A DNA stretch of 64,000 bases, taken from positions 4,900 through 68,899 of the forward strand of contig JAGAJR010000017.1 of assembly GCA_017626035.1 (NCBI GenBank). Direction: 5' to 3'. Source of the DNA: Alphaproteobacteria bacterium (GTDB taxonomy: Bacteria > Pseudomonadota > Alphaproteobacteria > RF32 > CAG-239). The notes beneath the pieces were generated by a model that saw nothing but the letters and a program-made list of their open reading frames with translations, searched no databases and was not told the origin of the DNA. A program made the position numbers and the translations under genes. This document shows positions 38,039 to 48,843 of this stretch, one piece after another. Numbering within the stretch: position 1 is the first letter of the stretch; the number at the start of each line of letters is the position of its first letter.

Positions 38039-39739
38039 ATGTCAAAAATTCTTATCACTTCCGCATTGCCTTATATCAACGGCGTGCCGCATCTGGGCCA
38101 CATGGTCGGCTGTCTGCTTCCTTCCGATGTTTATGCCAGATATATGCGAATGATGGGAAATGAAGTTCTCTATATTGCCGGAACGGATGAACACGGAACG
38201 ACTTCAGAAGTCGGGGCTTTGAATGAAGGAATGGATGTTCAGGCTTATTGTGATATGTATCATCAGCGTCATGCCCAGACTTATCAGGATTTCAAGCTTT
38301 CGTTTGATTATTTCGGACGGACATCCAGTGAGCAGAACAAAGAAATTACTTATCATATTTTTGAACAATTGGATAAAAACGGGTATATTGAAGAAAAGAC
38401 AATCAAACAGATTTATTCCGTTGACGACAAGATGTTTCTGGCCGATCGCTATATTACCGGAACTTGTCCGCATTGCGGTTATGAAAAAGCCCGCGGCGAC
38501 CAATGTGAAAACTGCACAAAAGTTTTGGAACCGACCGACTTAATAAATGCCCGCAGCACAATTTCGGGAAGCACCAATTTGGAAGTTCGGGAAACAAAGC
38601 ATTTGTTTTTAAACCTTCCGAAAATTCAGGAACGTCTCGGCGATTGGCTGAAGACGAAAGAACCTTTCTGGCCGGATGTGGCTTATACCATTGCCCAGAA
38701 GTGGCTGAAAGAGGGTTTGCAGGAACGCTGCATTACCCGCGATTTGAAATGGGGCTTTCCGGTAAACAAACCGGGATATGAAGATAAGGTCGTCTCTGTG
38801 TGGTTTGACGCACCTATCGGATATATCGGCATTACCAAGCAATGGGCCGATGAAAATCCATCTGAACGCAATTGGAAAGACTGGTGGATGGGAGCCAAAG
38901 ATGTCCGCTATGTGGAATTTATGGGAAAAGACAATGTTCCTTACCATTCCATTACATTTCCGGCCACGCTGCTGGGAACTGGTGAAGACTGGACAATGGT
39001 GGACTATCTTAAGGGAATGAGCTATTTGACTTTTGAAGGTGGAAAGTTTTCAAAATCAGAAAAACGCGGTGTCTTTGCCGAAGACGCAATTAAGGAATTT
39101 CCGGTTGACTATTGGCGTTACTGGCTGATGTCGAATGCTCCGGAGGCTTCGGATTCCTCTTTTACGTTTGATTTGTTTGCTTCGGTTGTCAATAAAGACT
39201 TGAACGGTGTATTGGGCAATTTTGTCTCCCGTGTTCTGAAGATGACTTCTTCCAAAATCGGCAGTGAAGTTCCTGCCGGCGGCAATGATACCGAAACGGA
39301 AGAGGCTTTGGTTAAAGTGCTTCAGGAAAGAGTCAATGATTATTTCAAATATATGGATGAAATGGAGTTTCGCAAAGCCTTGAATGAACTGAGAGCCATT
39401 TGGGTTGAAGGAAACAACTATATTTCGACGACGGAGCCGTGGACGGTTATTAAAACGGAGCCGGAAAGAGCAGCCGCCATTCTCAGAACTTGTATTAATC
39501 TGATTCGGATTTTTGCAATTCTGAGTGCTCCGATTATGCCTGATACGGCAGAGAAAATGTTGGACAAGCTCGGTCTTAAAGCAGATGATATGCCTTCACT
39601 CAAGGGATTTTCCGTTAAAGAAGAAATACAAGCATTGAAACCGGGGCATAAATTTGAAGTCGGAGATATGCTGTTTGAAAGAATTACACCGGAACGGATT
39701 GAAGAATTAAAAGTAAAGTATGGAAGTGATAAAAAATGA
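38039..39739 (+). CDS. metG: methionine--tRNA ligase
   Basis: PYINGVPHLGH (HIGH) and KFSKS (KMSKS) motifs, CPHCGYEKARGDQCENC zinc knuckle; GGAG RBS. Confidence 0.9.
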   Translation: MSKILITSALPYINGVPHLGHMVGCLLPSDVYARYMRMMGNEVLYIAGTDEHGTTSEVGALNEGMDVQAYCDMYHQRHAQTYQDFKLSFDYFGRTSSEQNKEITYHIFEQLDKNGYIEEKTIKQIYSVDDKMFLADRYITGTCPHCGYEKARGDQCENCTKVLEPTDLINARSTISGSTNLEVRETKHLFLNLPKIQERLGDWLKTKEPFWPDVAYTIAQKWLKEGLQERCITRDLKWGFPVNKPGYEDKVVSVWFDAPIGYIGITKQWADENPSERNWKDWWMGAKDVRYVEFMGKDNVPYHSITFPATLLGTGEDWTMVDYLKGMSYLTFEGGKFSKSEKRGVFAEDAIKEFPVDYWRYWLMSNAPEASDSSFTFDLFASVVNKDLNGVLGNFVSRVLKMTSSKIGSEVPAGGNDTETEEALVKVLQERVNDYFKYMDEMEFRKALNELRAIWVEGNNYISTTEPWTVIKTEPERAAAILRTCINLIRIFAILSAPIMPDTAEKMLDKLGLKADDMPSLKGFSVKEEIQALKPGHKFEVGDMLFERITPERIEELKVKYGSDKK

Positions 39740-40575
39740 AATTAAGTAAGAAATCTGATAATTTTGGAAAATTAAGAGGCTGGCCGGCATTTTTGCATAA
39801 AGTGTTTTTGGTTGTTTCTTATCCGTTCAGAAAACCGTTGATTTTTATTCCGGTGGCTGTCTTGTTGTATTTGGCACCGACGTTTCGCGGGGTTAAGCCG
39901 ACGGAAGTTCATTTGTGGTATTGGGGAAAAATCAAGAGCATTTCTTCAACGGTAACGGCTTCCGTTACGGATAAGACAAAGGATATTTTGCCTGAAACGG
40001 CTAAAAATCTTATTCAGCAGGTAACAACGCCGGAACCGGAAAAGGGGATTGACCAATTGGTGGAAATGCCGAGACTGTCTCCGAAGGCTGTCCGCCGCCA
40101 GATGTTTGAAAAGGCAAAATCAGCTCCGGTGGCCGTTGATATTTTGGAAACGGAAGAAGCTTTGTCTGTTCCGGGATTTCAAAATTCGGCAGAGGGCAAA
40201 AATGTTGCCGAGCAGGCTCCGGTTTCTGAAAATGCGGCTCCGAAACCGCAAACGGTTACGGTTCCGAGAAAGCTGCCTTTGGTTTACTTGGATATTCCTA
40301 AAGAAATCAGCGGCGATATAAAAGTAAACAATGCCAATGAAATTGAAGTCGGCGGAACATATCTGTTTTTATACGGCGTTTATATTAATCCGGACAGCAG
40401 TGAAGGGATTAATGCCAAGAATTTCTTGGAAATTATGACTAAAGGCCAAAAAGTAAGATGTACGATTTTGGCTTATACCTATCAGGATATTGCGACGGGT
40501 ATTTGTTATGTCGGTACAAAAAACATCAATCAAACTTTGGTGGATGAAGGATTGTCCAGAAACGTGGCTTTATAG
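39736..40575 (+). CDS. membrane-anchored protein with degenerate SNase/thermonuclease-like C-terminal domain
   Basis: N-terminal TM segment; C-terminal YLFLYGVYINPD...KVRCTILAYTYQDIATGICYVGTKNINQTLVDEGLS loosely resembles the thermonuclease fold. Confidence 0.4.
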   Translation: MKLSKKSDNFGKLRGWPAFLHKVFLVVSYPFRKPLIFIPVAVLLYLAPTFRGVKPTEVHLWYWGKIKSISSTVTASVTDKTKDILPETAKNLIQQVTTPEPEKGIDQLVEMPRLSPKAVRRQMFEKAKSAPVAVDILETEEALSVPGFQNSAEGKNVAEQAPVSENAAPKPQTVTVPRKLPLVYLDIPKEISGDIKVNNANEIEVGGTYLFLYGVYINPDSSEGINAKNFLEIMTKGQKVRCTILAYTYQDIATGICYVGTKNINQTLVDEGLSRNVAL

Positions 40576-40596
40576 CCGTTATTGAAAGGTAGTCGT

Positions 40597-42039
40597 ATGT
40601 GGCAGCCGGTTTTAATGATTAACGGATATCTCATCAGCGTTTTGGGATTGGCTATGCTTATTCCCGCCGCGGTTGATATGTCCGTTAACAAAACCGGCTG
40701 GTCCTTATTTATCAATTCGTCGCTTATTTCCATTTTTATCGGTGTTTCTTTGTTTTTGGCAAATCGGAAAACGATAAAAAAAATTACGTTGCAACAAGGA
40801 TATTTAATTACGGTAGTCAGTTGGGTTTCAATGACTTTGCTGGCAACGATGCCCTTTTTGTTTTACGGGACGGTGTCCGGTTTTACGGATGCGTGGTTTG
40901 AAGCAATGTCCGGTTTTACGACAACCGGGGCGACAATTATGAAAGATGTCGAGATTTTGCCGAAGCCGATTTTGTTATGGCGTTCTATGTTAAGCGGGCT
41001 GGGCGGTATCGGAATTGTAATTTTTGCCGTGGCGTTGCTGCCGTTTCTCGGAATAGGGGGAATGCAAATTTTTCAACGGGAAAATTCGGATATTAATGAC
41101 AAATTTATGCCGAAGTTTAATTATATTGCCAAACGAATTCTTGCCGTTTATTTCTTTTTGGCCATGTTATGTGCTTTTTCATTGCATTTTGCGGGAATGA
41201 ATTGGTTTGATGCGGTCAATCATACTTTGACGACGATTGCTACCGGCGGCTTTTCGACTAAAAATACCTCAATAGGCTATTATCACAGTGTCGGTATTGA
41301 AATGGTTATTGCCTTGTTTATGTTTTTAGGGGCTTTGCCGATGACCTTTTATATTATGGTTATGCAAAACAAGGATTTGAAGTCTTTTCGGACGGAACAG
41401 GTAACTTTCTTTATTAAGGTGTTGTCTGTTTATATTTTGTTTATGACCTGTTGGTTGGCATGGAACGGAAAATATGACTTTTTTGAGGCTCTGCGTTATT
41501 CTGTTTTTAATATTATTTCCGTGGTAACCAGCACAGGGTTTGCCTCAACCGACTATATGAAATGGGGTGTTTGGGCAGGAGCATTTTTTATCATGTTTGC
41601 TTTGACCGGAGGATGTACCGGTTCCACATCTGGTTCGATTAAAATGTTTCGTTGGCAGGTTGTGCTTGCTTATGTGAAAAAAACGCTGATTACGGCAACG
41701 GATCCAAACCGGGTGGTGCCGATTAAAGTGGGTAGTCTGACGACTTCGGAATCTGTGGTTTCGTCAGTTTTGGTGTTTATGACGGCTTATTTTTTCAGTG
41801 TGGTGTTTTTGACTATTTTTGTTTCTATGACGGGATTGGATTTTGAAACCGCTTTTAGTGCCGTGATTGCCTGTATGACTAATTCCGGTCCGGGAATCGG
41901 TCCGATTATCGGGCCTTCGGGGAATTACAGTTCTCTTTCCGATGTGGCAAAATATCTTTTGTCTTTTGCTATGTTGTTGGGACGTTTGGAACTTTTGACC
42001 GTTCTTGTTTTGTTTACCAAAAATTTTTGGCGGAACTAA
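40597..42039 (+). CDS. trkH: Trk system potassium uptake protein TrkH
   Basis: Multi-TM TrkH/KtrB profile with repeated GFxTxG selectivity-like motifs (SGFTTTGAT, GGFST). Confidence 0.85.
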   Translation: MWQPVLMINGYLISVLGLAMLIPAAVDMSVNKTGWSLFINSSLISIFIGVSLFLANRKTIKKITLQQGYLITVVSWVSMTLLATMPFLFYGTVSGFTDAWFEAMSGFTTTGATIMKDVEILPKPILLWRSMLSGLGGIGIVIFAVALLPFLGIGGMQIFQRENSDINDKFMPKFNYIAKRILAVYFFLAMLCAFSLHFAGMNWFDAVNHTLTTIATGGFSTKNTSIGYYHSVGIEMVIALFMFLGALPMTFYIMVMQNKDLKSFRTEQVTFFIKVLSVYILFMTCWLAWNGKYDFFEALRYSVFNIISVVTSTGFASTDYMKWGVWAGAFFIMFALTGGCTGSTSGSIKMFRWQVVLAYVKKTLITATDPNRVVPIKVGSLTTSESVVSSVLVFMTAYFFSVVFLTIFVSMTGLDFETAFSAVIACMTNSGPGIGPIIGPSGNYSSLSDVAKYLLSFAMLLGRLELLTVLVLFTKNFWRN

Positions 42040-42077
42040 TATTTATCGGCGGTTTGTTTAGATTATTTGGATATAAA

Positions 42078-42110
42078 TATAAAGCCCTCTCATTTGAGAG
42101 GGCTTTATTG
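42078..42110. terminator. bidirectional rho-independent terminator between convergent trkH and recA
   Basis: AAAGCCCTCTC-attt-GAGAGGGCTTT perfect hairpin flanked by A- and T-runs. Confidence 0.8.
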
Positions 42111-42128
42111 TCAGTTATGGTGTTTTGT

Positions 42129-43157
42129 TTAATCCTCGTTACCGGCCGGTTCGTCATCCCCGATCATTTCGGTAGTAAGGTGTCCGGCATCGGCACGGAT
42201 TTTATTTTCGATTTCATCGGCCACTTCCGGATGTTCTCTTAAGAATAATTTGGCATTTTCACGGCCTTGTCCGAGTTTTTCTCCTTTATAAGAGAACCAA
42301 GCTCCTGATTTTTCAACAAAGCCGGCTTTGACACCAAGGTCAATCAGTTCTCCTGTTTTGGAAATGCCTTCGCCATACATAATGTCAAAATCAACAACTT
42401 TGAATGGAGGAGCAACTTTGTTTTTGACAATTTTAACTCTGGTCTGACTGCCGATAACGTCTTCTTTGTCTTTAATGGAACCGATACGGCGAATGTCAAT
42501 ACGAACGGAAGCATAGAATTTAAGGGCGTTTCCTCCGGTTGTCGTTTCCGGGTTTCCAAACATAACGCCGATTTTCATACGAATTTGGTTGATAAAGATA
42601 ATCAACGTATTGGAGCGGGAGACGGTGGAGGTCAGTTTTCTTAAGGCCTGACTCATCAAACGGGCTTGCAAACCCATGTGAGAATCGCCCATTTCTCCTT
42701 CCAGTTCGGCCTTCGGAACCAAGGCGGCAACAGAGTCGACGACCAAAACGTCAATCGCTCCGGAGCGGACGAGCGTGTCAGCTATTTCCAGTGCTTGTTC
42801 TCCGGCATCTGGTTGAGAAATCAGCAGGTTTTCGATATCAACGCCGATTTTTTTGGCATAAGACGGGTCAAGGGCGTGTTCGGCATCAATGAAAGCACAA
42901 GTTCCGCCTTTCTTCTGAGCCTGAGCAATAACGCTGAGGGCGAGGGTGGTTTTACCGGAACTTTCCGGCCCGTAAATTTCAATGATACGGCCTTTCGGCA
43001 TTCCTCCGATACCCAAAGCAATGTCTATACCGAGCGAACCGGTAGAAATTGCTTCAATGTCTACATTGGAGCTTTGTCCGAGACGCATGATGGAGCCTTT
43101 ACCGAAGGCTCTTTCAATCTGGCTCAGGGCGGCGTCTAATGCTTTATCTTTTTCCAT
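42129..43157 (-). CDS. recA: recombinase RecA
   Basis: GPESSGKTT Walker A and the fully conserved RecA core. Confidence 0.95.
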   Translation of the reverse strand: MEKDKALDAALSQIERAFGKGSIMRLGQSSNVDIEAISTGSLGIDIALGIGGMPKGRIIEIYGPESSGKTTLALSVIAQAQKKGGTCAFIDAEHALDPSYAKKIGVDIENLLISQPDAGEQALEIADTLVRSGAIDVLVVDSVAALVPKAELEGEMGDSHMGLQARLMSQALRKLTSTVSRSNTLIIFINQIRMKIGVMFGNPETTTGGNALKFYASVRIDIRRIGSIKDKEDVIGSQTRVKIVKNKVAPPFKVVDFDIMYGEGISKTGELIDLGVKAGFVEKSGAWFSYKGEKLGQGRENAKLFLREHPEVADEIENKIRADAGHLTTEMIGDDEPAGNED

Positions 43158-43310
43158 TATGATTTCTCTCTTTCTAAAGTTTAGTTACACTCTGTTTTCA
43201 ATATTGTACTTATTGCGTAAAAATACAATTTTATGATAACAGTTATCCTATGAAAATAAAATGTACTACTTTTGTTCTTTTTGCAAGAGTTTTTTTGAGA
43301 ATTTGAAAAA

Positions 43311-44228
43311 TTATTTTTCAATCCCTTTTTTCAGGCTTTCCGTTGATGAGGATTTTTTCAGACTGCGTTCGTCAAGTTGTTGAAATTCCTCTAAAGCGGC
43401 CGTAACGACAGCTCCGAAAATGACTACCGCCCAGGCAAGATACATCCAAACCAGAAAGACGGGAAGGGTTGCCAAGGCTCCGTATAAAACTTTGTAAGTG
43501 GCACTCTTTACCATAAAATAACCAAATCCGGTTCTTAAAACCCAGAACAGAATCACGGCCACGGAAGAACCGACCACGGCGTTGTAAATTTTTACTTTTT
43601 TATTGGGAACCAGAACATACACCAAAATCAAAGCGAGCATTGTGATGAAAGACGGAAGCAAATCACTGATGCGGGCTTGGGTTTCAGCCATTTCGGGCAT
43701 GAATTTCTGCAGGGTAAACAAATAGCCCCGTAAAGAAAATGCGGCTCCGAGAAGCAGAGGGCCTAAGGTTATGACAGTCCAATACAAAGTTATTTTAGTG
43801 GTAAAACGGCGGGGCTTATAGACTTTAAAGATAAAGTTTAAGCTGCTTTCAATGGTAGAGAGCATTAAAATCGCGGTGATGGCAATACCGACAACGCCGA
43901 TTGTGGTTAAGCCGGCCGTGGCGTTGATAAATTCGGAAAAATATTGAGAAACTTCCTGTTCAATGGTCGGAACAAAGTTAGCCAGCAGAAATTCTTTAAC
44001 TTGTTCTTTGACACCGTCAAAAACCGGAAAGGCTGAAAAAATTGCCAAGCCGATGGCAAACAGCGGGACAATGGCAATCAGCGACGTATAGCTTAATGAG
44101 GCGGCAACGCGGAAAATCGTGTCGTTTTGGGCACGGCGGGTCAGAAAATAGATAAACTCCCGGGTGCTTTTTATTCCTTTTTTCAAACGGCTGCGAAAAG
44201 AGACGGGAAGTTTAGTTTTGAAATACAT
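43311..44228 (-). CDS. YihY/BrkB family inner membrane protein
   Basis: ASLSYTSLIAIVPLFAIGLAIFSAFP and the multi-TM profile typical of YihY. Confidence 0.8.
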   Translation of the reverse strand: MYFKTKLPVSFRSRLKKGIKSTREFIYFLTRRAQNDTIFRVAASLSYTSLIAIVPLFAIGLAIFSAFPVFDGVKEQVKEFLLANFVPTIEQEVSQYFSEFINATAGLTTIGVVGIAITAILMLSTIESSLNFIFKVYKPRRFTTKITLYWTVITLGPLLLGAAFSLRGYLFTLQKFMPEMAETQARISDLLPSFITMLALILVYVLVPNKKVKIYNAVVGSSVAVILFWVLRTGFGYFMVKSATYKVLYGALATLPVFLVWMYLAWAVVIFGAVVTAALEEFQQLDERSLKKSSSTESLKKGIEK

Positions 44229-44338
44229 ACTCAGCTCTCAAAAAAAATTGTTTACAAAGGTTTTTAAATTTTATAAATAGTCTATAGAAATTTTGATTTA
44301 ATATATTTAATTTTTTTTATAAAGAAAAGGAAAATATT

Positions 44339-45163
44339 ATGACTTCACCTTTAATGGCCGGCAAAAAGGGTCTGATTATGGGCCTGGCTAATGACAAATC
44401 CATCGCATGGGGTATTGCACAGGCTTTGAATTCTCAAGGAGCTCAAATTGCAATCTCTTACCAGAACGAAGCTTTGGAAAAAAGGGTTAAACCGCTTTCC
44501 GAACAGCTCGACAATGAGCCGATGCTGATTAAATGCGATGTTTCCGATTCAGCCAGCGTTGAAGCCTGCTTTAAAGAATTGGGTGAAAAATGGGGAAAAA
44601 TCGATTTTGTTGTTCACGCGATTGCTTTTTCCGACAAAAACGAATTAAAAGGCAGAACCATTGATACGACTTTGCCTAACTTCCTGAATACAATGCACAT
44701 TTCCTGCTATTCTTTCTTGGAAGCCTGCCGTTGTGCCGCTCCTATCATGAACGAAGGCGGTTCAATCGTTACTTTGACGTATCTCGGCGGAGAGAGATGT
44801 CTGCCTAACTATAACATTATGGGTGTTGCCAAAGCCGCTTTGGAAGCATCCGTCCGTTATGCCGCCGTTGATCTTGGTGTTCAGGGCGTGAGAGTTAACG
44901 CTATTTCCGCCGGTCCGATTAAAACTTTGGCTGCTTCCGGTATCGGCGATTTCCGCAAAATTCTGCGTTGGAATGAATTGAACGCTCCGTTAAAACGCAA
45001 TGTTACCCAAGAAGAAGTCGGTATGGCCGCTTTGGGATTGCTTTCTCCTATCGGTACAGGCATTACGGGCGAAGTTTTGCATGTTGACGCAGGTTACCAC
45101 ATTACCGGTATGGTTGCTTTGGACAATGCTCACGAATCCGGAGCCGTTTTATCTGAATTCTAA
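44339..45163 (+). CDS. fabI: enoyl-[acyl-carrier-protein] reductase (NADH) FabI
   Basis: GKKGLIMGLANDKSIAWGIA Rossmann motif, YxxxxxxK catalytic pattern (YLGGERCLPNYNIMGVAKAAL). Confidence 0.9.
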   Translation: MTSPLMAGKKGLIMGLANDKSIAWGIAQALNSQGAQIAISYQNEALEKRVKPLSEQLDNEPMLIKCDVSDSASVEACFKELGEKWGKIDFVVHAIAFSDKNELKGRTIDTTLPNFLNTMHISCYSFLEACRCAAPIMNEGGSIVTLTYLGGERCLPNYNIMGVAKAALEASVRYAAVDLGVQGVRVNAISAGPIKTLAASGIGDFRKILRWNELNAPLKRNVTQEEVGMAALGLLSPIGTGITGEVLHVDAGYHITGMVALDNAHESGAVLSEF

Positions 45164-45201
45164 GATTTGTCTTGAGTTTTCAATAAGTAATCTTTATAAT
45201 C

Positions 45202-45241
45202 AGGCCGTTTACAATTTACCAGTTGTTGCGGCCTTTTTTTG
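45202..45241 (+). terminator. possible terminator after fabI
   Basis: GGCCG...CGGCC stem with long loop followed by T8. Confidence 0.45.
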
Positions 45242-45244
45242 TGA

Positions 45245-47068
45245 GTGATATCTATGGATAATTTTGATAAGCCTTTTCCTGCTCTTGCAATTAGAAAACG
45301 GAAACTTGTTGCCGGAAAAATTCTGTTGAAATCGTTAATTTACGCGTTTGCGATTTTTGGTTTGCTGTTCATTCTGCTGCTGATGATTGTTACGGCACTT
45401 TTGCGGCAAGATGCCGTTCCCGCGGGAGATGTGCCGGGCAAGGGGATTTTGACAATCGATTTTAACAATGATTATCCGGAAGTGAGTGCCGATGATTTGT
45501 TTTCAGAGCTTTCCGAAGTTCCGAGCACTTCTTTTTTTGATTTGATTAAAGCGATTAATGTTGCGGCATTGGATGACAGGATTAAAGCTATTGTTGCAAA
45601 TGTCAATGAATCTTCTCTCGGATTGTCTCAAATACAGGAAGTTCGCCGGGCAATTGAAAATTTCCGCAAAACCGGGAAAAAAGCTTATCTTTATTCTACG
45701 GGGTTCGGCAATTTCGGCGGCGGAACTTCGGAATATTATTTGGCTGCGGCGTTTGATGAAATCTGGATGCAGCCGAATACGGAAGCAGGAATTACCGGAT
45801 TGAACTTTGAAGTGCCGTTTTTTCGGAGCATTTTGAGCAAGGCCGGTGTTCAGGCGGAATTTTATACCCGCTATGAATATAAAAATGCGGCAGCATCTTT
45901 GTTGAATGACAAATTATCTCCCGAATACAGGAAAGAACTCAATAAGTTGGGCGGCAGTATTTATTCGGTTATGAAAGAGGATATTTGCCGGGACAGAAAC
46001 CTAAAAAAAGAGATGTTTGACAAGTTGGTCAATAATGCACCACTTTCCGCTGAAGATGCTTTGGCGGCCGGGTTAATCGATTATATCGGATATAAGCCAG
46101 AGCTGATTGAAAAGGCGATTCAGGAAACGAAAGGCAAAATGGTAAATGTTTTGGATTATGTTTCAAGTTTTTCTTCCGGATATCGCAATCTTCCGACAGT
46201 GGCTTTGGTTGTTATTGAAGGGGTGATTGCTGAAGGGGAAAGTTATGCCAATTCCTTGCGGGATGAAGCCGTTGCCGGAGCGGATACGATTGTGAAACAG
46301 CTTGATGACATTCTCAGAAATGATAACGTTAAAGCTTTGGTTATCAGGGTTAACAGTCCGGGCGGAAGCTACACGGCTTCTAATGAAATTTGGTATGCGA
46401 TCAAACGGATTAAAGAGAAAAAACGAATTCCGGTTGTGGTTACGCAGGGCAATTATGCTGCAAGCGGCGGCTATTTTGTTTCAATTGCCGGGGATTATAT
46501 TTTTTCCGAGCCGTCCAGCATTACCGGTTCTATCGGAGTTTTAGGCGGAAAAATGGTTTTGTCCGGTTTATGGAATAAGCTGGGAATACACTGGGGAGAA
46601 GTAAAATTCGGAGAAAATTCCGGTATCTTAAGCGTTAACCATAAATTCACTCCGAAAGAAAAGGAAATTTTTAACCGTTCATTAGACCGGGTATATAAAG
46701 ATTTTACACTTAAAGTTTCAGAAGCCCGCCATATTGAGATTACCAAAATGGATAAGCTTGCCCGCGGCCGCGTCTGGACGGGAATTGACGCCGCTGACGC
46801 CGGTTTGGTTGATGCTGTCGGCGGAATTGACGAGGCTGTTGCGTGGGCTAAAGCACAAGCCGGTATTAAGCCGAAAGACAAGTTTGAGATTGTTTATTAT
46901 CCGAAAAAGAAAACACTTTCGGAGAAATTGTCGCAGTTGGTTTCGGGAACTCCGAAAATTTCAGTTAATAAAATTATGAATGACTTGGGAATTGAGATGA
47001 ATGATATTAATATGCTTAACCGTATGAAGTATGATTTAATCCTTCCTCCTTTGAAAATATCAATGTAA
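45245..47068 (+). CDS. sppA: signal peptide peptidase SppA (67K type)
   Basis: Two ClpP/crotonase-like domains, N-terminal TM anchor; start could be GTG 45245 or ATG 45254. Confidence 0.85.
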   Translation: MISMDNFDKPFPALAIRKRKLVAGKILLKSLIYAFAIFGLLFILLLMIVTALLRQDAVPAGDVPGKGILTIDFNNDYPEVSADDLFSELSEVPSTSFFDLIKAINVAALDDRIKAIVANVNESSLGLSQIQEVRRAIENFRKTGKKAYLYSTGFGNFGGGTSEYYLAAAFDEIWMQPNTEAGITGLNFEVPFFRSILSKAGVQAEFYTRYEYKNAAASLLNDKLSPEYRKELNKLGGSIYSVMKEDICRDRNLKKEMFDKLVNNAPLSAEDALAAGLIDYIGYKPELIEKAIQETKGKMVNVLDYVSSFSSGYRNLPTVALVVIEGVIAEGESYANSLRDEAVAGADTIVKQLDDILRNDNVKALVIRVNSPGGSYTASNEIWYAIKRIKEKKRIPVVVTQGNYAASGGYFVSIAGDYIFSEPSSITGSIGVLGGKMVLSGLWNKLGIHWGEVKFGENSGILSVNHKFTPKEKEIFNRSLDRVYKDFTLKVSEARHIEITKMDKLARGRVWTGIDAADAGLVDAVGGIDEAVAWAKAQAGIKPKDKFEIVYYPKKKTLSEKLSQLVSGTPKISVNKIMNDLGIEMNDINMLNRMKYDLILPPLKISM

Positions 47069-47084
47069 GCAGTTGGAGATAAAA

Positions 47085-47372
47085 ATGGCTATTGATAAAG
47101 AAACCGTAAGAAGAGTGGCTTTTCTGTCACGCTTAAAGATTGAAGATGATAAAATTGAGGCCGCAGAACAGGAATTTAATAAAATCCTGAATTGGGTTGA
47201 GCAATTAAAAGAAGTTAACACGGATAACGTAGAACCTTTGGTTTCCGTTAACGACAGCAATATTGTCTGCCGTGAAGACAAAGTTACCGAAGGTAATCAA
47301 TCGCAAGCGGTTTTGAAAAATGCCCCGATGCAGGAGTATGGGTATTTTGTTGTTCCAAAGGTTGTAGAATAA
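47085..47372 (+). CDS. gatC: Asp-tRNA(Asn)/Glu-tRNA(Gln) amidotransferase subunit C
   Basis: [22 protein letters not shown]... typical GatC; GGAG RBS. Confidence 0.9.
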   Translation: MAIDKETVRRVAFLSRLKIEDDKIEAAEQEFNKILNWVEQLKEVNTDNVEPLVSVNDSNIVCREDKVTEGNQSQAVLKNAPMQEYGYFVVPKVVE

Positions 47373-47386
47373 GGGCAGGGTTGAAG

Positions 47387-48841
47387 ATGAGCGAATTAAA
47401 CAAGTTAACGATTGCCGAGAGTCTGGCAGGGTTGAAGAAAAAAGAATTTTCCGCAACCGAACTGACAAAAGAATATATTAAATCCATGGAAGCAAACAGA
47501 AAGCTTAATGCTTATGTTTTGGAAACGCCTGAAAAAGCATTGGAACAAGCCGCAAAATCCGATGAAAAATATAAAAACGGAACGGCAGGGGCTTTGGAAG
47601 GTATTCCTTTGGGAATTAAAGACCTGTTTTGCACAAAAGACATTCGCACGACGGCTTGTTCTCATATTCTTGACGGTTTTGTCCCTCAATATGAGTCCAC
47701 GGTTACGCAAAAGCTTTTAGATGCGGGGGCTTCTTTCTTGGGTAAGCTGAATATGGATGAGTTTGCCATGGGCGGCAGCAATGAGACCAGTTATTACGGT
47801 CCGGTTGTCAATCCGTGGAGCAAAGATAAAGATTTGGTTGCCGGCGGTTCTTCCGGCGGTTCGGCTGCTGCCGTATGTGCCAATATGTGTGCCGCTGCCA
47901 CGGGAACAGATACCGGCGGATCAATCCGTCAGCCATCCGCTTTCTGCGGTATTACCGGAATTAAGCCGACTTACGGGCGTTGTTCCCGTTACGGTATCAT
48001 GGCTTTTGCCTCTTCTTTGGATCAGGCCGGACCGATTGCAAAAGATGTTCGCGATTGTGCGATTATGCTGAAAGTAATGTCCGGATATGATACGAAAGAT
48101 TCTACGTCCGCCCGGGTTGAAGTTCCTGATTTTGAAAGCTTTTTGAATCAGGATATCCGAGGATTGAAAATCGGCGTTCCGGCGGAATATCGTCCGGAAG
48201 GGTTAAATGAAGAGATTGCCTCTTATTGGGACAAGGGAATTGAGATGCTTAAAGCCAGAGGAGCGGAAATCGTCAACATTTCTTTACCTCATACCAAATA
48301 TGCTTTGGCAACTTACTATATTATCGCTCCTGCGGAAGCTTCCTCCAATCTGGCTCGTTATGACGGTTTGCGTTACGGATTGAGAGTGCCGGGGAAACAT
48401 TTGGATGATATGTATATTAACAGCAGAACCGAAGGTTTCGGCAAGGAAGTCAAACGCCGTATTATGATTGGGACTTATGTTTTGTCTGCCGGATATTATG
48501 ACGCTTATTATCTGAAAGCTCAGAAAGTCCGTCGTCTTATCCGAGAGGATTTCATTAAGGCTTTTGAAAAATGCGATGCCATTTTGACGCCGACAGCTCC
48601 GGTTCCGGCATTTCCTATCGGGGATAAGTCCATGCAGGAAAATCCTATTAATATGTATTTGAACGATGTGTTCACGGTATCGGTCAGTTTGGCCGGATTG
48701 CCGGGAATGAGTCTGCCTATCGGGTTGTCGAAGGAAGGGCTTCCGCTCGGTTTGCAGGTTATCGGCAAAGCTTTTGACGAAGGAACGGTTTTCAAAGTTG
48801 CAAGTGCTTTGGAAACAGACGCTAAATTTGTGAGGAAATAA
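47387..48841 (+). CDS. gatA: Asp-tRNA(Asn)/Glu-tRNA(Gln) amidotransferase subunit A
   Basis: Amidase signature [11 protein letters not shown]; conserved gatCAB order. Confidence 0.9.
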   Translation: MSELNKLTIAESLAGLKKKEFSATELTKEYIKSMEANRKLNAYVLETPEKALEQAAKSDEKYKNGTAGALEGIPLGIKDLFCTKDIRTTACSHILDGFVPQYESTVTQKLLDAGASFLGKLNMDEFAMGGSNETSYYGPVVNPWSKDKDLVAGGSSGGSAAAVCANMCAAATGTDTGGSIRQPSAFCGITGIKPTYGRCSRYGIMAFASSLDQAGPIAKDVRDCAIMLKVMSGYDTKDSTSARVEVPDFESFLNQDIRGLKIGVPAEYRPEGLNEEIASYWDKGIEMLKARGAEIVNISLPHTKYALATYYIIAPAEASSNLARYDGLRYGLRVPGKHLDDMYINSRTEGFGKEVKRRIMIGTYVLSAGYYDAYYLKAQKVRRLIREDFIKAFEKCDAILTPTAPVPAFPIGDKSMQENPINMYLNDVFTVSVSLAGLPGMSLPIGLSKEGLPLGLQVIGKAFDEGTVFKVASALETDAKFVRK

Positions 48842-48843
48842 AA

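Noticed and set aside
43158-43310. Alphaproteobacterial LexA box (GTTC-N7-GTTC / GAAC-N7-GAAC) upstream of recA
   Set aside because: I found only a single GTTC (about 43274) with no correctly spaced partner. An inverted repeat TTGTA-N15-TACAA is present, but it does not match a known SOS operator; this is left unresolved.
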